Shown: positions 1 to 12,785 of the stretch, in pieces | Position numbering within the stretch: the first letter of the stretch is position 1 | How the letters are laid out: the number at the start of each line of letters is the position of its first letter | Assembly: GCA_013265495.1 (NCBI GenBank) | Contig: MU058384.1 | Location: 1,489,690-1,553,689 of the forward strand | DNA from: Vicugna vicugna | Taxonomy: Eukaryota | Length of the DNA: 64,000 nucleotides | Direction: 5' to 3' | Notes under the pieces: model-generated | The model's database searches: none | Seen by the model: only the letters and a program-made list of their open reading frames with translations | Told to the model about the DNA's origin: nothing | Program-made: the position numbers and the translations under genes

Positions 1-874
1 TCATTCACTTTCTGTTCCTCACTACGTACCGCAGGAGGGCATTCCCAACATCGCCAACATCGACAACAGAGGTAGACAAAGGAAGAACACGGATTAGGGC
101 AAGTTTTATAATGCAAAATGAATAAAATTGTTTCCGTCCACTTAGCTAACTAAAGAAACTATGCCTCGATGTTGAACTGCCCTACTTTACGACATACCAT
201 GGAGAACACCAAAGCAAATGCTGCCTGGGGAGCTGCAGGCTGAAACCTCCCCATCTGCAGCTGCTGTCAATTACTCTGCCCTGATGTGACCAGAGATCTC
301 AGTTTTCAATAGAGAAATATGAGTTGTAAAAGAATCCTGACTGGCCACCCCTACATTCCCCTCCCCACCCCCACCTCCTGATTCTGTTTTGCTTTCCAAA
401 CATTTGAAATGTCCACATACTTTGTATCCTAGCCTACTGGGAAGTTAGAAAAGCAAACGTAGCTAGTTTCAGGGCAGAGAAGAGATTCTGCGGCTTTCCG
501 AGAATCTCCATTGGATAACAAAAGCTCATAAAAGTGTACCTTCACCCTAAATGTTATATAAACAGAGTTCTGTCTGTGGGTGTGATTTATACTCTTATTG
601 AAGATCTTGAATTTTCCTTCTCTTCATGCTAGAAGATAAGTGAAGGACAAAAAGCCTATTTAGAACAGTTAACCTGATCATTTTTTAAAAGATGTGTGCA
701 AATCACCGGGGCTGAGATCCTGTTTGTCAACCAAATTGTCAGGAAATAATTTATTACTGACAAGAACAAAGTGTGCAGCTGGATATCCCAAACAACGGCA
801 TGCTAAATGAGCCAGAGACTTGTTATAAATATCTTCCCTAGGACTGCATTTCCTATAGTCTAAAATTATTCCAG

Positions 875-1047
875 AAGCAGCATGGCATAATGGAAAAAAG
901 AATTGTACTGGGTATCAGGATGTCGGGGTTTTCTTTTGCCTATTATAGTAACTAACCTTGTGAAAGCAAGAAAGCAAGAAAGAAGGAAAGAAAGAGAGTA
1001 TTACCAGATGACTTCTGCATTTCTTTCAAGCTCTAAAATTCTATGCT
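875..1047 (+). mobile_element. MIR/MIR3 SINE fragment, interrupted by an (AAAG)-like purine tract at ~962-998
   Basis: 5' part 'gcagcatggcataatggaaaaaagaattgtactgggtatcagga' and 3' part 'ttctttcaagctctaaaattctatg' resemble the MIR head and MIR3/L3-type tail; boundaries approximate. Confidence 0.55.
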
Positions 1048-1414
1048 GACAACACTGATATCCTATACAGGGAACATAGCCACCCAAATTCTGCACAAAT
1101 GAATGTAGGCTAATCTTGTTCAAAAGATAAGAAAGCAGAGTTTAGAAAAGGGACAAGAAGGACTTTTGTAAAATAGCCTTTTGATTTCTGTGTGAATCAT
1201 ATACTCAAGAAATTGTTCTCCCCATGCAGTTAGTACAGTGAGTTCAAGAGGTGAGAAAAAGTTAATAACAAATCAAAATAAGACAAACTAACTAGGGATT
1301 AGAATTTCACTGTAAAAAGAAGTCAAATTCTTAAAAAGAAATGATAATAAATGAAACTCCTCTTGGTTAGACCTCCCAGTCTTTTAGACTTTGTTATCAT
1401 TCCACGTTGTTTTA

Positions 1415-1535
1415 TGACTCCCTCTGTATCTGCTTTTCCACCAGATTATAAGCTCATAGGTGGCAGGGGCCACACTTTACTCGTGTTTTTTTCTTTGCTC
1501 ACAAGGGCATTCAATAAATAGTTGTTGAATTGAAT
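1415..1535 (+). mobile_element. L2 LINE 3' end
   Basis: 'ccagattataagctc...gcaggggcc...cattcaataaatagttgttgaattgaat' is the typical L2 3' terminus. Confidence 0.7.
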
Positions 1536-1774
1536 CCTGTTTTCATCATACTAGATGAGTGTGGCAAATACTTAGAATAATCAAGCCAACTCAACAGTGG
1601 CTTTTTGTAAATTTTAGATGAATCTCCAAACTTCCTTCTCTTATAAATGGCTTAGAAGGCTATGATTTCATATAGAACCTGTGAAATACCTAACCAATTC
1701 GAGAAGATGCTTCTTATCAAACCATATCAAACCATAAGTACGTACTTTTCACCCTATCTCACAGAATTGCTCCA

Positions 1775-2095
1775 TTACCTACTCATTTATTTATCCATTC
1801 ATCATATATTTAATGGGTATCAGATACTCTGGTTTTATGACTATGAATAAGATATGGTCCCTGCCTTCAGCAGAGTGTCTAGCCTATGGAGAGAGAAGGG
1901 CAAGTACAATGCAGTAGGATAATTGTGGTCACATTGACAACTGTACAATAGATTGATGGCACATAAAAGGGATACCTGAATGAATGTTGAGGACCATTTG
2001 AAGCTTCTCAGAAGAGACAATGGTTAAGCTGAACAATGAAAAGTAATTCTGAGTCAGTGAAGGCAAAGGCCTAAGATTTACAGACAAAGATAATA
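1775..2095 (-). mobile_element. L2 LINE fragment
   Basis: 'cattcatcatatatttaatggg...gaataagatatggtccctgccttc...tctagcc' matches the reverse-complement L2 3' region. Confidence 0.7.
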
Positions 2096-2114
2096 GCATT
2101 TTATACTTAGTTAA

Positions 2115-2345
2115 GAAGCTTCATAGTATATCACTGTTTATACGTCAGGCATTTTTCCAAGCACTTTAAAAACAGAATTCCTTTAATACCACAACGATGT
2201 GAGGGAACTATTATCATCCCCATTTTACAGATATGGAAACCAAGGGACAGAGGGTAAGTAAGCTCACAAGTTCAAATAGCTAGTAGGCAGCAGAACTGGG
2301 ATAGGAACCCAGCCATCCTGGAGTCAGAGTCTGTGCTTTTCACCT
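2115..2345 (-). mobile_element. MIR SINE
   Basis: Core 'attatcatccccattttacagatatggaaaccaagggacagag...gaactgggataggaacccag'. Confidence 0.85.
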
Positions 2346-2454
2346 TCTTGGTTACATGCTGCTGCTCTAAGGTCAGGAGGCTGGAGAGCCTGGCTCCTCC
2401 CCACTCACTTCTTCCTCATTTGTTCTCTGCCTCAGCATTCTATGCATCCGGTTT

Positions 2455-3860
2455 TGTAAGGGCTTTGTTATCTGTGTACATGTATGCTGTCTGTCTTCCT
2501 CATTAAACTGCAGACATGCCATGGGTTCTCACTGAAGGGTGCTAAGCCGAAGAGCCATGTGGTTGAATTTGGACTCTAGATAGAGCACAGTGATTGAAGC
2601 AGAGGGAAAGGATGTTGTTTGGGTTAGAATATCTACGGTGGATCTGATTTAAAAAGGAAGTTTCAGCCCAGGCACATTCCGAAGTGGGGAGGTAGACCAA
2701 GGAGCAAAAATGTTTCCAAGAAAGTGGCTAAGACCTATTTTAGATAACTGTTAAAGGCTTCAAACACATCAAAGAATAAAAGGCCAAGAGTTGAAGATAA
2801 GAAGAGAATTTGGGGGGAGGAGAAGATTTATTTGAAGAGGACTTTGATCTGAGATATGATCACCGCATTTCTAGTCCAGGAGATCAGGAGATAGCTCTAA
2901 CCTCAAACTTGGTCAGAGAGCTTCAAGGTAATATCTCAAAAAAGAATTTTCTGGAGAGAGCAATAGGAGTGGCTGGCCCCTCAACTCTCACTGAAGAAAA
3001 GGAACTTCACTAGGACTAATCCAAGAACTCAATCTTTGTCATCTACAGTGTAGGTGGTATCTGACTCCCTTCTGAAAACCTACAGGAGAAAAGATGGACT
3101 GATTAGTTTTTCTGACAGGGAAATGGAAGAGGTGTGTTGAGATGGGGCATCAGGCCTGGAGTCCGGGAACCAAGAATATGTGGATGTGGATCAATGACTT
3201 AGGGAAGACAATGGATGAGAAGCCAGCACAGAGCTGAGCCCGCAAAGGGTTGTGCTAGGTGCCTATAGGAGGAGTGTTCAGATGATCATTCACCTCTTGG
3301 CAGAAGCTGAAGCTTCTGATGGATGCGTAGGGACTAAGGAATGAGCAAGTGATCAGCCTGAGCAGAATAGCATTTACCCTTCTCAAGGGGAAGTGCCAGG
3401 TGGGACCCCCTCACTGATGTGGGGGTGGGCAAGGAGAAGGCTCTTCTAAAGCCCATGAAAGTGTCCATGAAATGAACCGACTCCACCCACCTGCCAAGTC
3501 TGGAGAGAATTGGTGCCCCATCACCAGGAGAGTGTCAGGCGACTGGGGACTTTCCTGCTGCCTTTCCCTCTCCACTGTCCCTTGTCCCCATTTGGGAAGG
3601 ATTTAGAACCCCAAAGTTAGCCAAGTGAGGGAAGAGAAGTAGGAATCATGTGAGAAAAGAGTGAAGAAGCCAATCTTATTCTCCTTAGCTAATAGCAGGG
3701 AGGGCCTTTGATACAGGACGTCTTCACGATTCCAGTGTGACAGTGTTCAGTGACTTACAGGAAACATAATTCTATTATCTGAATGTGACCACAGGATTTC
3801 ATAGAGGCTGCTGATCCCCACTGAATCCATTTAAAGGGAAGAGGGACAATGAAGGTGCAG
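2455..3860 (+). mobile_element. Ancient Gypsy-type solo LTR, MamGypLTR2-like
   Basis: Starts TGTAAGGG; 'gggttctcactgaagggtgctaagccgaagagccatgtggttgaatttggactctag' and the 3' 'gtgaccacagga...ccccactgaatccatttaaaggg' resemble my recollection of the MamGypLTR2 consensus; 3' boundary uncertain. Confidence 0.65.
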
Positions 3861-4459
3861 GAGACTACATTACGATCACACTTGGCATTCAGGAGAAAGG
3901 ACAGATCCACTCAAAGCGTACCGCCCCAATCCAGGCAAGAGCCAGAGCCAGGCTTACTGGAGCTTCAGAAACACTGGTCACCTCCAAACTGCCCAGGGAA
4001 CCCCAGGTCTCACTCTGGGTTACACCCACAAAGCGCGTTCCAGTCCACAGTACTCCTGTGGCAAAACGACACCACACAACCTGCAGCCATGAAGCCTCAG
4101 TGTTCTCTCCCAGGCCCAGCCTCAGGGCCTGACAAAGCAGCTTTCCCCACGAGGTTACTTGTGAGGGCATGGACACTCATGCCCTGTCCGACCCGTGCGT
4201 AAGAAACAGGATTCAAGCCACATACTGCCGGGCTCTCACTCCCTTGACACCGACCTCCTCAGTCTTGTCTTCTGCCATATTTCCTGCTTTGCTCTTGCAA
4301 TACAGCTCTTAGTACAACACAGAGTTCCTCCAACAGGAAAGAGAGTTTCAGTTCCTCTGCACTTCATGCTTCTCTCTGTCTTCCCTGCCGAGGAATTAAA
4401 ATGCCTGCTTCCACATCTAGAACCTTCTCTGATCCATTCCCAATCTTTATCTGGAAGCC

Positions 4460-4730
4460 CAGTGTGTGATTAAGAGCATGACTCTGGAGCAAAACATATT
4501 GGCTCTGAATCTGACTTTCTCTGTTGAGTAACTTTTTTTATGTTGAATGGTATACTCAGTGGTTCTTACATCAATTTCTTCATCTGTTAAATGAAGAAAT
4601 AATATTATTTATTTCATAAAGTTGTGGTGAGGATAAAATGACATAATGAACAGAAAATGTTTAGCCTGTGGCCTGGCACATATTAAGTACTAATAAACAT
4701 GTGTTGAAAAAATTGAGTAAGTGAGTAAGT
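4460..4730 (+). mobile_element. MIR SINE
   Basis: 'gattaagagcatgactctggagc...tttcttcatctgttaaatgaag...gttgtggtgaggataaaatga...cctggcacatattaagtactaataaa'. Confidence 0.85.
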
Positions 4731-5257
4731 GGGCCCTGACACACCCAGTCTCCTCTTATTGGAAAACCACTCCCTCTACCATCTGCCTGGCAAATACCTA
4801 CTGACCCCACAAAACCTGGGCCAAGTGATGAGGACGATCATGGAGACTGGGTAACCTCTCACTGTACTGATGTTTCTGTCTCCAGCATATACCGTTAGGT
4901 GAGAAAAGCGAGGTACCTAACAGTGCATATGGAATCTTTTGTAAAAGGAAGTTCTCATGTAAACTTTTGTGTAGAGAGAAGCGGAAATAGCACATAAGTA
5001 CTTGTGTGTCTTTCTGCTAAGGAGAATCACTGAAAGAATAAGCCAGAAACTACTAGTAGTGACATTTGAATTCAGCCACCACAAACGTTAAGGTCCACGG
5101 ATCATGCATACAGGTGATGCAGATATCGATGCGCTGGGATCAGGTGTTATTTAAGACACTAATTCTGTATGAACCAAACCACTAGTTGACTCAGTTCAAT
5201 TCATTCTAACAGTCTGTATTCCAAGCAAGAGGGGAGGAGAAAGAGAAGGAAAAGAGA

Positions 5258-5455
5258 GCTTGCCGTGTGCCGGGCACCAAGGTGAGCACTTCACATACAT
5301 TAACTCATGTGATCTTCACAGCCCTGCCAAGTGGTCACTGATTGACAAGGGGGGAGACTGGAGGTCAAAGACAAGACTACTAGTAAGAATGGAGCTGAAG
5401 TTCAAACTCACCTTCGAGTGCCAAGCCTCACACCCTTTCAGTCACGCAGTGTGGC
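5258..5455 (-). mobile_element. MIR SINE
   Basis: 'tgtgccgggcac...gcacttcacatacattaactcatgtgatcttcacagccctg...gagactggaggtc...ggagctgaagttcaaactca'. Confidence 0.7.
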
Positions 5456-7999
5456 CTCTGTGTATTGCCCAGTTTGGTAACTTACACAGAATCGAGAAGC
5501 ATGACTTACTCCTGCTTCATCACTGAACTTGTTAGCAAAGGCATCCAGCAGTGCCAACCCAGAACAGACATGCTGCGCGAGAATGGAGACCCTCCCCATT
5601 GGGCAGAAATTATTTCCCCGTGCTTCCTGCATGCAGCTTTTCAGCCAGTTATGAATTCACATAAATAGGCTCTCTTCTGACTTTACTCCCACATATTTCT
5701 ACATGTATAACCTAATATTCCATTAAATTCCTTGTTGAAGACTGGAGACTATAAAAATGCAGTGAGTTTATGTTGGCATGAATTGTTTTAATAACTCAGT
5801 GCTGGTTTCTAATTTTCACTGCTTTGTATTCTCAATACCTACAAGCCATGAAAACAAGCTGATAAGCTTAGTATAATTTTCTAGAAAGTTTTTGGAAAAT
5901 TACATTAAGGTCTCTTTACTTCCTGGAGGCTACTTAAAAAATTAAAAAACACTTGGACAGTATTAACCTACATCAATTTTTTGCCAGGATGGGGAGAGAC
6001 ATTTCCCATTTTCCATAGTATTCCATATTAGATACATTTCATGGCCAAATATACACAAATTTTATGTTCTAGAATTTCATTTTTCTGAATCTGAATACTT
6101 AACTGATGATTTAAAGAAGACAGATGTTTCCTTACCATCACTTCACCAATCTAGGGCAGTTCTATCACGGGGGGATGCTGTTCCCTCCTCTCTAACGTGA
6201 AGGTCCTTGACAGAGAAAATGCAAGTGGAACCAATCGGTGGCCCTGCTGCCTCCATGATGTTGTTAGAGTTACGCTATCTGTGCCATGACTGGGTTGCCA
6301 ATACTCCTCTTTCTTTGAATATTGTTATTAATGTCATTTTTGTGTTGATTAGTTTGTTGCACAAGCCTCAGCTCATACTCTGCTTAGACTTGTTAACAAT
6401 TTTGAGCTACTTCTGCTGTGTTGCTGTTGGTCAGTGATCGTGTGCCTCTCCTCCCATCTTATTTACACACCCTTTTGAACTCTGGCATGGAGGATTGGTG
6501 AAGTCACACAAGGGAAAATATTTCTGTAAGCCCATGTTATTACAGTCTTAAATTTACATGACATGGTCTGATTGGTAGAAGAATTTAAGGTTTGAAAATA
6601 TCACCAAAACATCATAACATTAGCACATCCTTCTCTACTTTCCTTCCTCTGTTTTTCATTCCCTGTAATTCATGAATGATGACATTGAGAATTAATCTTC
6701 CAAACAGAGCCTATCAACACAAACATTACAGTGGGAAGAGGGTATCTCTGTTTCCATAACCTAGACACTCGCTCACCAGATGAACACAGACTGGGGCACT
6801 TTTGCAATTTCCAGTTGGATAGCTGGTATTCTTTGCTCAGGGGTGGACTAATTTGTTTTGGAAATCAGGTTTTGGGAGAATCAGACTATAGAGCAGTAGC
6901 AAATCATTTGCAGGGCTAAAGAGATTATTTGTTTCCCTGAGACAATTTTTATTCTCCTGTCCTGCATCTTCCTGGGTCACATAGGATTCAGTTCATTTTT
7001 CCTCTCTTGTGCAGAATCTATGGGAAACTGCAGTATAAACATAGATCAGTAGGAACTCAGAAGCTTTAAACCCAGAAAGCCATTTCTTTGCTTATTTAAT
7101 GTTGTTCACTTTGCTTTTTGAAAAGAAAAAGTTTCAAGAGGGTATATTTTCTAGACCAGATCTAAATGAAAAAATATTCTTTACTGTTATTAAGAGACAG
7201 TTCTCTTTGCTGTATTCTAAGCAACCACAACTTCTTTCTCAGATGAGACATCATCAGTGCTGCTTTGACTTGTCTTACAACCAAGCAAGTATTTGCAGAA
7301 GGATTAAGAGCATTCAAGACATTGCAAGAAGCATGGGCAGCCCTCCTGACATAGACATTGTCTTTGACACCCCGCTTCCTGGACTGTGCTATTACAAATG
7401 TTGCCTTTTCCCCAAGCCCTTTCCCACAACGATACACAGATGGAAAGGAAAGTAGGGTCTCATGTCATTTCCATTTCCTTCTCCCTAGGAAGTCTCTCTT
7501 TCCACTATTTAGTCTCAGACTTAAACAGAAGACTCCCAAGGAGTAAAAGCTCATTAGCCAAGAAAATATTTCTAAGAAGGAACTATTTATTTTATGAGAG
7601 AAGGAACTGACAGCAGTAAACATCAACTGGAGGAAACTGCTCTTTGGACTGTGCTACATCAAGACCACTGTAGGAATGAGCCATAAACTGAACTCCTCTT
7701 CTTTACATATGTGTGGATCTTTACAATGTGTTGTCTCTTCCTGACCAAGCAGCTTGCTGAACATCAACAATGTGAAGGAATGAAAAGATATCTATTCAAG
7801 GGCAGCAAGTACCTTGTAGAAAGTTTGTGTTACCAATGGCCAACAAGGGGCCGTGCTTGGCTGGCAATATGTGAAATTAACTGCTTTTTAGATCCATTTT
7901 GTTTCTATAGGTGAGAAATAAGAGGACATTACAGGCCTTCTAAAACCAAGACATTAAGAAAATAAGATTACCTCTGTCACTTAAACTCAAAAATAAGCA

Positions 8000-8190
8000 A
8001 AACAGATCAGAACAGAGAGATCTGAATTCCCCAATGGCTTATAGCTTTGTGAATATGATTCTAGCTCTCTCATAAATTATATAATTTTGAAGAATTCACA
8101 TAACTTCTTTGAGACTTACTTTCCCCAGCTATAACATTAAGAGGTTAGTCTAAAATATCTCTAAGTGCCTTCCCAATTCAAACATATTAC
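8000..8190 (+). mobile_element. MIR3-like SINE, diverged
   Basis: 'taacttctttgagacttactttccccagctataa...tctctaagtgccttcccaattc'. Confidence 0.5.
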
Positions 8191-9479
8191 GTATCCTAAG
8201 CAACTCCGATAAATGCCTGGACTAGTGTTGCCCAGTCCTAACTTTTATGGGAAGTCTATCCCTTTGAGGGGAATAGATGTAGGAAGCCAAGAATTTCAGG
8301 ATGTCATACATTTCAGAGTACTGTACTTTCCACCTCTTGGGCTCAATTATCCTTTCTACTGCTCCAATTATATGCCTGCCCTCCTTTTGTTAGCATTTGG
8401 GTTTTTTTATGAATCAATTAAAGAGCTGAAAATGGTATCACATGACACAGCCAAAGTCACACAAAGTACCTAGAGTCACACAAAGTCTAGATTTTTGTTT
8501 TGTTTTCTTTCCCAGGTTTTTCTTTGTGTTAAATGTGGCCTTATTTAATGGTGTCATATTCGTCACCATCACAAGACTTTTTGGGTTCCTGCTGGGTACA
8601 CAGCAAGTACCAGACCCCATGGGAATTTATGTGGCTCACAAAAGGCATGACTCCTACACATGCACTTTCAATCTAAAATAATCCCATCTGCCTGACCTTT
8701 GAGTGTGGTACATAAACATCTCTTTGTCCTCCAGTAAGCAAATAATACCACTATAGCTCCATTTGATCCAAGACCATATGGCTAGAAATTAGTAGGCTGG
8801 AACTAGAATGCTGGGTCTTCTTTCTTCTTGCTCATTTTTTCTAAAAATAATCTAAACCATTTTACTTCTGAGCTGTATATACAGAAAAAAAAAAGAATCA
8901 AAACCCTGCAGAACTCAAAATCCTTTATTTTATACATTAAAAATGGCCTTCCCAAGTCTTGGAGATTGTACACTAGCCATTTCAGATCAAGCAGTAGGTA
9001 TGACAACCTGTCTTGGATGAAATGGTGGACTTCAGTCATTAACTGAGCATCTTCCATGCCTGGGGAAAGAGCTGGAATTCCTGAGAGTGACAAGAAAAGG
9101 TATGCCCTGAGCCCCGCCCATCATTTGTAAAGGTAAGGCAAATGAGCTCTTAAAAAGAAACCTTGTAGTGAAAGGTAGTAAATGAATCAATGGAAAGTGT
9201 CAGTCTTCCAGGTTCACTTACTCACATATTTAGTATCTTCTATATTTAAGTTACTGAGGGTACTAATGGCTGCTGAACATCTTTTAAGGTGGTAAACAAT
9301 CCCTAAGAAAAAACTAAAGAAATAACCAGACCAATTCTTGACAAAGAAGCATTGTGTAGGGGTTTAATGGACCTATGCTTGCCCCTGTGCACATTTGTTC
9401 CCTCTTCTCACTCTTGCTGCTCAAACGTATATTACTCGTCCTGCCAGGGATGCTAACATAGTGGCAGAATTTCCCAAAG

Positions 9480-9675
9480 ATCAGTAAAACATTATAGTTA
9501 AGAAGGACCACATTAGATACTTAGTTCACACTCCTGCCCTTCCTTCATACAGAATTATTTTTGACATGATGGTTGAACCTCTGGTTGCATATTTCCACTG
9601 GAAGGAGGTTTATTTTTCTTGAGCTACCTCACTCCATTTGAGGGACACTCTAATCATTAAAATATTTTCTTTGTG
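9480..9675 (-). mobile_element. L3/CR1 LINE 3' segment (first part)
   Basis: 'atttccactggaaggagg...ctccatttgagggacactctaatcattaaaatattttctt' resembles reverse-complement L3. Confidence 0.6.
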
Positions 9676-9924
9676 CAGCAGGATTCTAAACTTGAGAACC
9701 TTAGCTACGGCAACCCTAGGATTCAGATGTGACAGTCAAGCCAGTGGAGATAGTAGGGTTGCGCTAACGACTGGAAGAACAATTCAAGAAACATAAATTC
9801 GACCCAGAGGTAATAGCTGGTTCAGATGGTAAGGCCATTTTGAATGGATCACATTGTTAATCTTCCCGTATTTCCTCCTAGCCCCATTGGACTTAATAGA
9901 TTGAGTAGTTTGAAGCAGTAAGTA

Positions 9925-10365
9925 CACTGAAAAAAAGAAAAAAATAAAACAAATCTCTGTATAAAACATTAGGATCACAGGGTAACATTGACTGAATCCA
10001 ATGTGCAGTGAGGGTAACACATATCAGGTCTGGGAGTCTTTCTTGAAAGAGAACAGGACCAGACTACAGCTGGGATGGAAAAGAAGGACATGTGATCATC
10101 AAGCTGCTCTAAGTTTCTAACCAACCAGTGGCCTTAACAGTAGATATAACCACAGTGGATCAGAACTAGAGAGGAGTTATACAGTGGACAGTAAATGGTA
10201 AAGCACTCAGGGTAGCTGAGAAGCCTCTCCCACACATAAGACTCTGTTCCAAGAATACTCAGAGCTATCTGAGAAGAATTTGAGAAGACCAGACCTCAAG
10301 AGCAGTAGGAAACTTAAGTAGGAATATCTTTACCAGTTCTTCCATGATCTTATTTTTCAATGAGG
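9925..10365 (+). mobile_element. Possible L3/CR1 LINE fragment in the opposite orientation
   Basis: 'caggtctggg...ttgaaagagaacaggaccagactacag' and an L3-like tail 'ttcttccatgatcttatttttcaatga'; highly diverged. Confidence 0.4.
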
Positions 10366-10399
10366 CTGAATGATAATAACAACACAAAGATGAGCATTA

Positions 10400-10615
10400 A
10401 TGATAACTAAACTACACTACGACTTTTTATGTGTTCTCACCCTTAATGCTGATCACAGTACTATGATATGAAGCTGGTATTAGTGTTGTTAGTATGAGAA
10501 AAGTTGTTGAGAAAACTACGTCTCAGAGGTCCTAAGTAACATGTCTCAAATTCATGACTGGTAAGATGTAAACCAGGATTTGAAAACAGGTCTGACCCCT
10601 CACTACATCATGCTG
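10400..10615 (-). mobile_element. MIR SINE
   Basis: 'ttgagaaaactacgtctcagaggtcctaagtaacatgtctcaaattcatgactggtaagatgtaaaccaggatttgaaaacaggtctgac'. Confidence 0.7.
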
Positions 10616-10644
10616 TGTCCTGAAGTAACATGGAAAAACATAGG

Positions 10645-10860
10645 TTCCATAAATCAAAATCTGCCTCCCTAAGTTTTCCACCCACTAATCTGAGTTCTGT
10701 CTTTTGAAAAAATACTGTGTGGGCTACTCCTTCTACCATATGGCAGCTCTGCAGGGACAGGAAAATACCTATCAATGACTCCATGAATCTTCTTTATCTC
10801 AACCTCTGGTAGCCCACTACCCAATCTCCTCATCAACCTGGTTTTCCTCCGCTGGGAAGC
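10645..10860 (-). mobile_element. L3/CR1 LINE segment (continuation of 9480-9675)
   Basis: 'aaaatctgcctccctaagttttccacccactaatctgagttctgtc...ctactccttctaccatatggcagctctgcag' follows the 9480-9675 piece in the recalled L3 consensus. Confidence 0.6.
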
Positions 10861-12474
10861 CTAGTTTGCCAATGTCCCCACAACTCTAGAGGTCGTCCAA
10901 TTGCCACTAAAAACAATTCCTACTATACGGTGGTGCTCTCTCCAGCTCCCAGGACTCCTATGTGCTGCAACAGCTCCCTATTTTCCCAAAATTTGACAAG
11001 AGACACCGTCTCAGCATCAACCTCAAAAGCCACTTGAGTGACGATACACAAATTATCCCTTAGCCCAGTGGTCCGTGTGAATTAATTCCCTACAGCCCAG
11101 CTTCCTGCCATCCTTATGAAAATGCTATGATAAAATATTAAATTGTATGTATATTTGATAATTAATTTATAGTAATTTGGGGTCTTGCGTGTTTCAGTAA
11201 AATTCATTATTTACAATTTTCTACTAGAAGCAATTTCCCTTTGTTGATATCTCTCCCTAATTGCTTGAACCATATGACACACTTCTCTAGGCAGCATTGA
11301 AATAATTTTTATTATCCTCTTCGTTTATAGTTAGCATCTAAATTTCTGATCAATAGTGTTATAAATATCCTTTTTGAATAATAAAAGATGTCTATATCTA
11401 TATTACTCAAGGATATTTATAGACAGACACAATCAGTCCAAGTCATGCCCTGTTCATCCTAGGAGAAAGCCCATGTTACAGATGCCACAAAGTGAAGTCC
11501 TCTGCCATCTATTTAGGGCTCTGGGAGGCTGTGGTCTATGTTTACAGACTAAAGGGCATGTGTAAGTGGAATATATTTTTCCATAAACAAAAAATTTTAA
11601 CATAATTTAAAACTTAGATTTAAGTTACATTGAGGAGCAATATAAAGGTTGGAAAATAAATCCTTGGCTTCCCTGCCTGTGTGGTGAAGGAGAAAGGACA
11701 GTAAATTGACATAATCTAGAAAATTTGCCAAGTCATCCACTCAGTGAAAAGTACATGAGAGGGTTCCCTTTGCTCCTCCCTGCAGTAAAGTATAAACCCA
11801 GCACAGAGAAGCCCATTTCTCCCCAACCAGGACAGCATGCAATTCCCGATTTGAAAAAGGTGACTCATGCTTACTAATCTGAGTAGAGTTCTTTTCTACT
11901 GGTTATAAGCCATCTGAAAAACTGACCTTTTAAATCTATGTAGTAAATACCTCAGTGACTAACAAAGACTAACAGCCACACAATCCCACCAAAAAGAAAT
12001 GTATATTTTAAGGAAGACATTACATTTTCTGACCCTTGTTCAGCTATAAGTCAACTGGAAGATGAGTCACGACCAAAAAATAAAGAGGTTTCCTGATAAT
12101 TTCTTATGTTTGTTTTAAGTAGCAGATATGATTATTAAGTAGTGTATTGTTTTACTGAGTTAAAAATTTGTGAAATAAAACCACATAAGTTACTCATGAA
12201 AAAGTACATCTGAGCCACTTGATATCTTATTTTCCCAGTTATCTTTTGATTTCCAATAAAAGAAGCAACCCCTACAGCATTCATCACATGCTAGCTATCC
12301 TTTATTTAACAAGCACATTGAACCATCTGACATTCACTGCTGTCTTATTTAGTTTTTAAATATGCACTGTTAATTAGCTTCTTACATTACAATTATTCAT
12401 AAAACCTTTAAGGGCAAATACCATTTCTCATACTACTCTCTGTCTTTCCAGAGCACCTAAAATAGTGCCTTCAA

Positions 12475-12785
12475 TAATTATTCATCCACTTATTCATTCA
12501 ACAGGCTATGTGTTCATTGTGTGCCAGTGGCTGAGGGTACAGCCCCTGCCCTCAGAATGCTCTCAATAAATAATCTCCTCTGAAACAGACAGAAGGGGCC
12601 CCAGTCCAGATCACCTGGAGGCAGGGCAGGGGAGGACTAATGAAAGTTGGGGAAATCTATGTAGCAGATGTAATGCCTAACTCTGCTCTAGGACAAATGA
12701 GTAAGAACTTGCCAGTGGAAAGCAGGTGGACAATTGATGCAAAGGAGGTTTTAGACATAGTAGGCACTCAATGAGTAATTGTTTT
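12475..12785 (-). mobile_element. L2 LINE fragment(s)
   Basis: 'ttattcattcaacagg...tgtgccag...cccctgccctcagaatgctc'. Confidence 0.55.

Noticed and set aside
3849..4473. Overlapping ORFs of 117, 95 and 92 aa
   Set aside because: Locally higher GC lowers stop frequency; no protein similarity recognised.
4798..4916. Possible minus-strand exon with an open frame
   Set aside because: Weak acceptor and donor (TAG|gtattt), and no recognisable peptide.
7099..7610. Cluster of overlapping ORFs on both strands
   Set aside because: No recognisable protein or exon structure.
9222..9302. 81-nt AG/GTAAGT-bounded minus-strand segment
   Set aside because: AT-rich, with competing acceptors and donors; indistinguishable from a pseudo-exon without RNA data.
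9784..9953. Strong minus-strand splice acceptor (AG at 9927-9928)
   Set aside because: No good donor downstream; the pyrimidine tract is probably just an A-rich tract of an L3-like relic.
10860..11600. Possible ancient DNA-transposon relic
   Set aside because: No terminal repeats or family motif I could identify.
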